Of a stretch of DNA of 53,116 bases, positions 26,656 to 33,993 are shown in pieces. Below the pieces are notes generated by a model. That model was not told where the DNA came from and did no database searches. It saw only the letters and a program-made list of their open reading frames with translations. Position 1 is the first letter of the stretch. Each line of letters opens with the position of its first letter. The position numbers and the translations under genes are program-made. This DNA comes from Parcubacteria group bacterium GW2011_GWA2_49_9 (GTDB lineage Bacteria > Patescibacteriota > Minisyncoccia > Phycocordibacterales > UBA10002). The stretch is taken from NCBI GenBank assembly GCA_001004005.1, contig LCQF01000023.1, positions 1 to 53,116 on the forward strand, written 5' to 3'.

Positions 26656-29307
26656 TCATTGTACCGTGAACTCGGCCGTTGTCGTCCCGACCACTTTTTC
26701 TGTGGCTGTCCCCGCGTCGGTAACCGCGTTAATAACAATCTTGAACGGAAGGTTAGTCGTTGGCGTTCCCTTCACCATCAGCTGTATCGGACGGGTATTT
26801 CGCAGTACCAAGTCCTCCGCGAACAGAAGCTCGGCCAGAGGCTCGGCAGGCGTGGCGTTTAGCGTGGCGTTCAGAGCACGCGCGTCGGCGGTGTAGTCTA
26901 TGCCCTTTTCCGCATCAAACTCAATCATCGTCTCGGCTTTGGACGTGCCGTCAATAGCATAGGTAAAGGTGAGACTGCTAAAGTTACTGAAGAAATCGGT
27001 AGGCGTTTTGTCATACGGCGTCTTGGTGCCTTCTATGTCATTGCAAGCGGTAAACTGTTGTGTGCACCTAAAATACCTCGCGAGGAAGGAAACCTTGTCC
27101 TGCGCCTTATTCGGGAGGAAGGAAATGTTATCCCACGTGAAGGTGTCTCCTTCATATCCGATGGTTAAGGCTGTACTTCTTGCCGTCCAGTCACGTGGCT
27201 GGCTCATAGTTTTCTGCGCGGGAGATACGGTGAACGAGAACGGTACAACCTGTGTCGGAGTGTTGCCCGACGTATCTAAACGCGTCGCCTTGCCGATAAC
27301 CTCCACTTCGGCGATGGCAAGAGTCATTGATGCAGGGTCCCCTGTTTGGGAAATTCTAAGGAAACGTCCTTTGACTGTAGGTGCGGGAAGGGGGACTTTG
27401 AAAACGGATTCCAGTACTCGTCCCCTGTATAGGACGAGAGGGGTTCCACTATCGGCGACAAGCGTTACTTCCACGTTTCCGTCTCGGAGCGAATTGCGAT
27501 ACTCCGATTGAGTCGCATCCCCCCTTGCCCAGTCTCCACTAAGGCGGTATATATTTATTTCGCGTATTTCATTGACAATCCACTCTCTCTTTTTCGTCAC
27601 CCTCTCTGTCTCTAAATCAACCTCCCACCACTCGGATGTGCCCGCTTTGGTACAGGAAAAAGTGCCATAATGGATGCTTCCCGATGACGGATTTCCATCC
27701 ACGGCTTGTTGTGGGAACGAATCAACGGACCTTACTGCTGGCATCCCGCACTCTCCTTGCGATTGTGTGGCAAATTTCCCGGTTGAAATATTTCCTTCAC
27801 TACTTTGAGGTTGAGGCGGTGGCGGCGCACCTGCCCCGGGCGTTACCGGTGTCCCATCGCCCAACACCCCGCGCCCGCCCGCGGCGGCATCGTCAATCAG
27901 CTTATTCCACGCGTTTGCGCACCCCGCCTTGACTGCGGCGAAATAGGCATTCCACGTCGTAAAACCGTCTCTCGTCACGGGAACAAGGTCAGCCACGCCG
28001 ACTTTTCTGTACATTGCCGGCACAAACGGGCTGGTATCTCCCTTAACAACACCAGCCGTTTTACCCACACCAAGGTTGTCCGTCCATACCTGCATACTTG
28101 TCCAGTTTGGGGGAGCGGGTATGCTGTCGTCCGGCTCATAAAATCCGCTTTTTTCAGGCTTTTCTACGGTCGCCGGATAATACCGCAGATGGCAGTCAAT
28201 TCCCTCTGGAGTCTTGGCGTCAACGGCGCCGACTCCCTTAGTCGGGTCGGTGAAAAGCGCGTCTGTGGCACTCTGTCCGCTGTCCGTAATGCTCCCTTTG
28301 CTCGCGCCGAGAAGTCCGCCAACACCGGTCATTGCCTTCACCAAAAGCTGGTTAATGAGTGCGCCGACCACCTCGTCAATCTCGCTCGCGAGTTCCAATT
28401 CGTGGAAGGTGGTGGCGAGTGCGCCGGTCGTCTGGCCTTCAATAATGCTTCCGGGAGTTTTAATCGGACCTTCTTTGATGCAGGGGCCTTTTCGTATCAC
28501 CTTGTTATTTGCGCCTTTGATATCCGGCCCCCACTTTTCACAGCTCCGCCACGATTTGAATCCTTTTCCCCAATCCAAAAGCTTGATTTGTTGGCCGGTC
28601 GCCGTCGTAATACTCGCGCTCATAATACTCGTTGCTCCGATGTAGGCCCCGTATGGATTGTTTGATTGTGTACCGGCGATATGCACCCACCTACTCAAGT
28701 TTCCCGAGCCTACGGTACCCGACACGAAGCTATCATACGCGCCCTGCACGTTGGCAATGACGTCCGAAAGACGGCAGGTAACCGTCTCTCGGGTACGGAG
28801 CGACATATTGAGGCCGAGCGCGAATTTGATGTTGAGCTTAAACGGAGCGCACAAAAGCGGGGAAATGTCCTGAATGATTTTGCCGATAGTCTGGTCGGCG
28901 ACATCCGAGAAGAATCCTTCGGGGTTGGTGATAAATGAGGGCGAGCCTTCAAACCCGGTGTTAATCCAGTTGACGATTGATTGCGTGAAGGTATGTAAAA
29001 GGGTCTTCGCGATAATCTTCGTCAGCGACTTCATAAAACAAGCCGACCACTCGTTGCTTGCCGCCGAACCCGCACCCTGCGTATTAATGATATTACCGCC
29101 CGCGCTGTTCGTACCCACTGATATAACTGCGTTGACTGCGTTGGCAGTTGTCCCGATGCCCGTTGTTACGGCTTTCGCCGAGAAACATTGCGCAAGCGAA
29201 ACCAACGCTTCAGCTTTTTCGGGACGCGCGAAAAGAAGCGCAGGTATAACTAGCGTTATAGCCAAAAACCCGAGGAGCATCTTTTTAGTCGCCTCTCTCA
29301 CGTCCAC
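26656..29307 (-). CDS. Large secreted/surface protein with an F5/8 type C (discoidin)-like domain
   Basis: N-terminal TM/signal. Central segment AVDGNPSSG...TSEWWEVDLETE...INIYRLSG...GRFLRISQ...LAIAEVEVIGK matches the discoidin/fucolectin-like pattern. First gene of the T4SS-like block. Confidence 0.65.
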   Translation of the reverse strand: MDVREATKKMLLGFLAITLVIPALLFARPEKAEALVSLAQCFSAKAVTTGIGTTANAVNAVISVGTNSAGGNIINTQGAGSAASNEWSACFMKSLTKIIAKTLLHTFTQSIVNWINTGFEGSPSFITNPEGFFSDVADQTIGKIIQDISPLLCAPFKLNIKFALGLNMSLRTRETVTCRLSDVIANVQGAYDSFVSGTVGSGNLSRWVHIAGTQSNNPYGAYIGATSIMSASITTATGQQIKLLDWGKGFKSWRSCEKWGPDIKGANNKVIRKGPCIKEGPIKTPGSIIEGQTTGALATTFHELELASEIDEVVGALINQLLVKAMTGVGGLLGASKGSITDSGQSATDALFTDPTKGVGAVDAKTPEGIDCHLRYYPATVEKPEKSGFYEPDDSIPAPPNWTSMQVWTDNLGVGKTAGVVKGDTSPFVPAMYRKVGVADLVPVTRDGFTTWNAYFAAVKAGCANAWNKLIDDAAAGGRGVLGDGTPVTPGAGAPPPPQPQSSEGNISTGKFATQSQGECGMPAVRSVDSFPQQAVDGNPSSGSIHYGTFSCTKAGTSEWWEVDLETERVTKKREWIVNEIREINIYRLSGDWARGDATQSEYRNSLRDGNVEVTLVADSGTPLVLYRGRVLESVFKVPLPAPTVKGRFLRISQTGDPASMTLAIAEVEVIGKATRLDTSGNTPTQVVPFSFTVSPAQKTMSQPRDWTARSTALTIGYEGDTFTWDNISFLPNKAQDKVSFLARYFRCTQQFTACNDIEGTKTPYDKTPTDFFSNFSSLTFTYAIDGTSKAETMIEFDAEKGIDYTADARALNATLNATPAEPLAELLFAEDLVLRNTRPIQLMVKGTPTTNLPFKIVINAVTDAGTATEKVVGTTTAEFTVQ

Positions 29308-29368
29308 GTTAGTATAGCAGAGGAATGGGGATAATCGGTGGAAAAACAGTGGATAGTGCTTTCTTTTT

Positions 29369-29770
29369 TATCTCCCTTACTAAAGGGAGTCACGAATTCT
29401 GATTCGGGGAGGGTTGTTATCCCCCTTAGTAAAGTGAAATAGTCGTAGACTAGGGGTGACCAGCCGTAGTTTGCGGCAAACTACGGCTGGTCGGGGGTTG
29501 TTTACACCCCTCCTCCGACGTGACGTCGGAGTGCTCCCTTTGCTAAGGGAGATTCGGCGGAGGCGGGTGTTGTATCTCCCTTACTAAATGGAGTCCCCGA
29601 GTCTGCGAGGGGGAGGGTTGTTATCCCCCTAGTCTACAGTCTACGACTGCAGGCTGACTACTTCGTTACAAAGGGGGTGACCAGCCGTAGTTTGCGGCAA
29701 ACTACGGCTGGTCGGGGGTTGTATCTCCCTTAGAAAAGGGAGTACCGCCGTCTTCGGTGGGGAGGGTTGT
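29369..29770. repeat. Tandem array of ~7 GC-rich two-hairpin units (mostly forward orientation)
   Basis: Constant parts are tatc[ct]cccttaNtaaaggg[ag]g and gg[ga]gggttgt. They alternate with variable palindromic stems (cacgaattctgattcgg; accagccgtagtttgcggcaaactacggctggt, seen twice; ccccgagtctgcgagggg; accgccgtcttcggtgg). Confidence 0.85.
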
Positions 29771-30118
29771 TCTTTTCTTTATCCACAACTCAATCTCTCG
29801 CAACACACTGTCCAAATTATTTCTTACCTCGCCTTCCGTAAACCGAAGAACAGTAACCCCCAGCTTTTCCAATAGTTGTTGTCGCCTTACGTCCTTTTCA
29901 ATTTTTGCATCATGCGTTATGCCATCTATTTCAATAGCAAGGTTGAGCGGGGCGCAATAAAAATCAACGATATAAGATAGAATCGGCTTTTGCCGCGAGA
30001 ACGGATAGCCAATCTTTTTACCCTTTAGTTCTTTCCACAGCAAGACCTCTCCGAGAGTGCCATTTTTTCGGAGGCCTTGAGATAATTTCTTGAGCTCTTG
30101 GTTGTAGTATATTTTCAT
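29702..30118 (-). CDS. DUF559 (Vsr-like) endonuclease-domain protein
   Basis: LWKELKGKKIGYPFSRQKPILSYIVDFYCAPLNLAIEIDGITHD...LGVTVLRFTEGEV. The C-terminal tail TEDGGTPFSKGDTTPDQP is read from repeat units. Confidence 0.8.
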   Translation of the reverse strand: MKIYYNQELKKLSQGLRKNGTLGEVLLWKELKGKKIGYPFSRQKPILSYIVDFYCAPLNLAIEIDGITHDAKIEKDVRRQQLLEKLGVTVLRFTEGEVRNNLDSVLREIELWIKKRTTLPTEDGGTPFSKGDTTPDQP

Positions 30119-30122
30119 AGGG

Positions 30123-30379
30123 TTATCTCCCCTAGTAAGGGGAGCACTGCCGTCTTCGGCAGGAGGGGTGTGGCAAAGGGAGAGGTTAAGACAACCCCCG
30201 CCGTATCAGAATACGGCACCCCCTTTATTAAGGGGGATACAACCCCCGACCAGCCGTAGTTTGCGGCAAACTACGGCTGGGCAACCCCTTTTCTAAGGGA
30301 GATACAACCCCCCCTCGCCGACGAGAGCACCTCATTTGCTGAACAACCCCCCAAGGCAGCCCCCTTTGTTAAGGGGGAT
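30123..30379. repeat. Array of GC-rich two-hairpin units (mostly reverse orientation), mirror of 29369-29770
   Basis: acaacccccgccgtatcagaatacggcaccccctttattaagggggat; acaacccccgaccagccgtagtttgcggcaaactacggctgggcaaccccttttctaagggagat; acaaccccccaaggcagcccccttt gttaagggggat. Confidence 0.85.
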
Positions 30380-30394
30380 AACCGCCATCGCACT

Positions 30395-31237
30395 TTACTG
30401 CGTCAGTATGTACCCCGCTTCCCCTTTCGCAAACAGTATGTTCTTCATCACAAGGTAATCTGAAATATCAGTAAAGGCGCGTACCAACTTTTCCACCGCG
30501 GCGGGATACGCGGTAGCGGTTGAGAGTGTTTGCACCGGGTCAGTCATAGCCTCGTAGCGCTTTATTCTGTCATCAAGATTGGCAAGGTCTATCCCATCCT
30601 CGTTCTCCAACGCGCGCTCAAAGATGATAAGTTCGCTCTCCCCGCCTTCTTTATGGGCGATAACGACGGCGCCTACGGCGTTCCCATACGCCCAGAGCGA
30701 GACATCGGTATCTTCGTCGGCAAAGACGAGCTCACTCTCGGTATATACCTTACTCGGCTTCGCCTCGGGATAACGCTGGATAAAGTCCTCAAGAAGTTTT
30801 TGCTCTTCTTCCGCGGTAAACGGCTGGCCGGACTGTTTGAGTGCCAGATATTTGGCGAACAATTCTCGGGAAAGGCGGTCGGTTTCGGTCCAATCACCCC
30901 CGCCCGGAACGATTTTTTGTTCAATCGTGCCTTTATCCAGCTCGTCTTCCGGCCCCTCCTTGGTAGGATTTCGGCCAAGCTTTATCTCTTCCCCATCTGT
31001 TGTGGTATCGCCATCGGTATCGGGATTGAGGACATCGGTATGCCACAGTTCTTCCTCCCAATCTTTCAAACCATCGTTATCTTGGTCGCGCGAAAGGACG
31101 GCCACCGCTTTTGAAGCCTGTTCGGGGGTCACGCGGCTGAATGTAATTTCCGAACGGCCGCTGTACATAAACCAAACACCGCCCCCGATAAGGGCGAGGA
31201 GGATGATGCCGATACTAATTTTTGTGCGGAAGGTCAT
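30395..31237 (-). CDS. Membrane-anchored protein with a thrombospondin-type-3-like Ca-binding repeat
   Basis: Start MTFRTKISIGIILLALIGGGVWF. DQDNDGLKDWEEELWHTDVLNPDTDGDTTTDGEE. Paralogue of 31391..32425. Confidence 0.65.
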   Translation of the reverse strand: MTFRTKISIGIILLALIGGGVWFMYSGRSEITFSRVTPEQASKAVAVLSRDQDNDGLKDWEEELWHTDVLNPDTDGDTTTDGEEIKLGRNPTKEGPEDELDKGTIEQKIVPGGGDWTETDRLSRELFAKYLALKQSGQPFTAEEEQKLLEDFIQRYPEAKPSKVYTESELVFADEDTDVSLWAYGNAVGAVVIAHKEGGESELIIFERALENEDGIDLANLDDRIKRYEAMTDPVQTLSTATAYPAAVEKLVRAFTDISDYLVMKNILFAKGEAGYILTQ

Positions 31238-31390
31238 AGTTTTTCTGATTCTCCCTTTCTTAAAGGGAGCACTTGAGTCTTCGAAAGGAGGGATTTTTCT
31301 AAATCCTCCGCCTCGCCGACTCGGCACCTCCTTAGTCTACGACTACAGGTTAACAGGAGGAATTAAGACCAGTATACCAAATTCTTCTCC

Positions 31391-32425
31391 TTACCGCGGA
31401 AACGAGAAAATACTTCCCGGTTCGCCTTGGCTGAAGCCCACACCTTCGTTGTATAAGAAGTCGGAAACGGCCACAAACGCCTTGGCAAGGGCAAGAGAAC
31501 TCTCACTGTACTCGGTTATATCGGGACCGGAAAGATAAGCTCCTGCTTTTGTGCCCGAAATAGTCTGAATACTTCTCGCGTAATTTTGATAGGCACGAAC
31601 AAGTGCCGAATGTACCGAAGAAGCCTTTTCTGGCGACACCACCGCCGCAATGTCCAGAGCAATCTGGTCGTACTTTTTCGCGAGTTTTCCGAAGCCTTGA
31701 AGTAGAGCCTCGGTCATTTTCGTATTTCCCGACGCACTGTTCCAAAAAGCAAGCTCGGCGTCCGAGTCGGTCGCGGCCGTTTGTATGGGGGCACCGAGCG
31801 CGTTCCCGAAACTATGCAGAGGATTTTCAGCCTGTGCCTGTTCCCTCCCCTCCGTTTCTAAGGAGGGGACTTGAGGGGTGGTGGTGTCCCCCTTAGAAAA
31901 GGGGGTGCCTCCGTCTGCGGAGGCGGGGGTTGTAGGAGTTGTAGTTTCTTGTGTTAAAAGGGGAACAACCCTCCCCGCCGAAGACGGCGGTACTCCCTTT
32001 AGTAAGGGAGTAACAACCCCCGTCCTCGCCGACTCGGACACCCCCTTTTCTAAGGGGGATTGCAGAACCATTACGGGAGTTTCCAGAGAATCATTCGGTC
32101 CTCCCTTTCTCGGATTTCTATGTGCCACCACTTCCGCTCCATCCGGCGTTCCGTCGCTGTCGGTGTCGGGTTTTTCGGGGTCCGTACCCCAAAGGGCTTC
32201 TTCCCAATCCGGAAGTCCATCGCTGTCTATGTCAAACGTGGAAAACGCTGGTTGTATCCCCCTTAGTAAAGTGGAATAGTCGTAGACTAGGGGTGCCGTA
32301 TTCCGATACGGCGGGGGTTGTTCGGTTCGACTCTTTGACAAAAACCAAATACCGAGTGCGACAAGAAAAAGGATTCCAATGAGAAGCATAACCTCGGTTA
32401 TGAGAGTACCGATAGATTTTTTCAT
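31391..32425 (-). CDS. Membrane-anchored TSP3-like repeat protein (paralogue) carrying ~70 aa of in-frame repeat-unit insertion
   Basis: DIDSDGLPDWEEALWGTDPEKPDTDSDGTPDGAE. Inserted segment PLEKGVSESARTGVVTPLLKGVPPSSAGRVVPLL...ASADGGTPFSKGD. Confidence 0.65.
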   Translation of the reverse strand: MKKSIGTLITEVMLLIGILFLVALGIWFLSKSRTEQPPPYRNTAPLVYDYSTLLRGIQPAFSTFDIDSDGLPDWEEALWGTDPEKPDTDSDGTPDGAEVVAHRNPRKGGPNDSLETPVMVLQSPLEKGVSESARTGVVTPLLKGVPPSSAGRVVPLLTQETTTPTTPASADGGTPFSKGDTTTPQVPSLETEGREQAQAENPLHSFGNALGAPIQTAATDSDAELAFWNSASGNTKMTEALLQGFGKLAKKYDQIALDIAAVVSPEKASSVHSALVRAYQNYARSIQTISGTKAGAYLSGPDITEYSESSLALAKAFVAVSDFLYNEGVGFSQGEPGSIFSFPR

Positions 32426-32443
32426 GTGTTACCATTGTAGTAT

Positions 32444-32920
32444 ATGTGCGCCTCTTTCGGAAAGAAATTACTAATTTTTTTGGCGATATGTTTACTCGCC
32501 ACTCCTCTTTCCGCATCCGCGATTTTTGACTTTGGCGGGCGGGTGACCAACTTTCCAGGGCTTCCCGGAGGCATTATGAGCGCGTTCGCGCTTCCCGCGT
32601 TTCCACCTCCGGGGGTGTTTAGTTTCTGGTATCCGGTGGGGCCGGGCTGTCTCAACGGCGTACAAGAAGTAAATCAGATACAGGCGGTCGGCGTGCCACA
32701 GCCCCCCATTCTCCTTCAGTTTGTAGGGCAATATACCTTTATGATGGGCCCCGCGATGCATCCGGGCCAGCAGATTCTCGGGAAATATGCTCCTATACCG
32801 ATGGTGTGCATGGCAAACTTCGTCTCTTGGATATATGTCGGATTCTCTCTGGTACCCGTGGTTATCCCGCTCCCGTTCTTCTTCGCCCCGCTCATCATCT
32901 ACAACGGGTCAACCATTTGA
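32444..32920 (+). CDS. Small secreted Pro/Gly-rich protein, function unknown
   Basis: Signal peptide KKLLIFLAICLLATPLSASA. Hydrophobic C-terminus. Confidence 0.5.
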   Translation: MCASFGKKLLIFLAICLLATPLSASAIFDFGGRVTNFPGLPGGIMSAFALPAFPPPGVFSFWYPVGPGCLNGVQEVNQIQAVGVPQPPILLQFVGQYTFMMGPAMHPGQQILGKYAPIPMVCMANFVSWIYVGFSLVPVVIPLPFFFAPLIIYNGSTI

Positions 32921-32943
32921 GATGAATATACGAAAATATGTAT

Positions 32944-32979
32944 CCCGTAGTGAGAAATTCTGATTTCTCTACTACTGGG
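32944..32979. repeat. Short CCCGTAGTGA...CTACTACTGGG hairpin
   Basis: cccgtagtgagaaattctgatttctctactactggg. Confidence 0.7.
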
Positions 32980-33004
32980 ACGAATTATACAAATATACGA
33001 ATGG

Positions 33005-33892
33005 CTACGAATAAGAAAGAAACAAGAAGAGGTGTTTCCAATCCGCGAGAGACAGATTTTCCGGACGCGCTTTCTCCGCGATGTTGCACTCTTTGAGCGT
33101 TGCGGAAGTAACCCCTACATTTGACGCGAGAAGTTTCCTCGGATGAGCGAATCCTTTTTTGAGGAAAGCAAAGAACTCCTGTTCGTTCATTCTCCCTTTC
33201 CTAAAGGGAGTACCGCCTTCCGAGGCGGGGAGGGATTTAAATCCTCCGGCCTCGCCGACTCGGCCACCTCCTTTTGCAAAGGAGGAATAAGAGTCGGTGC
33301 CCGTAAAAAATTCTTTTGAGATATGCTCAATCGCGATAATCGCGGAATCCACGTTCGGTGGCGGAGAAAAGGCTCCCGCCTTTACGGTACCGATATACTT
33401 CGGCGTCCCGTAGGCTTTGACACTTATGGAGAGAATGCTTTCTTTTTTATCGCTGGCGACTATTCTCCGTGCCACTTCTTTTTGTAAGAGCAGGACCATT
33501 GTGTGTGGCGGACACTCTGTCCCTTGGAGAAATTTCCGCAAAAATTGTCCCGTAATGTAATACGGCAAATTCGCCACGATTTTGTAGGGCTTCTTTGAAA
33601 ATTGAAAATTGAAAATTGAAAATTCCAATATGTCGGCATGGATGAGCTCAAACTCTCCTGAAGCGATTTCGGCTGCAAACTTCTGTTCCAACACGGGAAT
33701 AAGCCGGTCGTCTTTTTCAACCGCGATGACTTTTCCCGCTTGCTTGAGCAGTAATTCCGTAAGGACTCCCTCCCCCGGGCCTACCTCAAGCACGGTGTCG
33801 GCAGGCAGAAGCTGTGCCGCCCCCACTATTTTCTGGAGCGCGCCTGCGGAGCGAAGAAAATGTTGACCGAGCGTTTTTTTAGCAAAAACCAT
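33005..33892 (-). CDS. rsmA: 16S rRNA (adenine1518/1519-N6)-dimethyltransferase RsmA/KsgA, with two in-frame repeat insertions
   Basis: KKTLGQHFL, VLEVGPGEGVLT, KIVANLPYYIT. Insertions are gaaaatt x4 (33597-33624) and GC-rich units (33191-33285, SFAKGGGRVGEAGGFKSLPASEGGTPFRKG). Confidence 0.88.
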   Translation of the reverse strand: MVFAKKTLGQHFLRSAGALQKIVGAAQLLPADTVLEVGPGEGVLTELLLKQAGKVIAVEKDDRLIPVLEQKFAAEIASGEFELIHADILEFSIFNFQFSKKPYKIVANLPYYITGQFLRKFLQGTECPPHTMVLLLQKEVARRIVASDKKESILSISVKAYGTPKYIGTVKAGAFSPPPNVDSAIIAIEHISKEFFTGTDSYSSFAKGGGRVGEAGGFKSLPASEGGTPFRKGRMNEQEFFAFLKKGFAHPRKLLASNVGVTSATLKECNIAEKARPENLSLADWKHLFLFLSYS

Positions 33893-33993
33893 AATGCGAA
33901 TCTACGAATAGCTATGCGAATACTGCGAATGCCGATGAAGTCGGAATCTTATTCGTGGTATTCGCATTCTTCATTTGCGGTATTCGCATTATG
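33893..33993. repeat. AATGCGAAT-theme ~100-bp imperfect palindrome exactly filling the uvrD-stop to rsmA-start gap
   Basis: Starts cataatgcgaat... and ends ...attcgcattatg. The rsmA ATG itself pairs with the distal CAT. Confidence 0.8.

Noticed and set aside
10707-29307. Interpreting the T4SS-like block as an integrated conjugative element or plasmid remnant.
   Set aside because: No relaxase, coupling protein, integrase or recombinase, replication gene or flanking direct repeats were seen. By eye the composition matches the surrounding housekeeping genes. This remains to be tested on the full contig.
29369-30379. The regular alternation of a ~30-nt constant sequence with ~15-35-nt variable segments looked superficially like a CRISPR array.
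   Set aside because: The variable segments are themselves perfect palindromes and recur: the CCAGCCGTAGTTT stem appears three times here and again at 46257. Unit orientation flips within the arrays, spacing is irregular, and no cas genes or leader are present. These are hairpin repeat units, not spacers.
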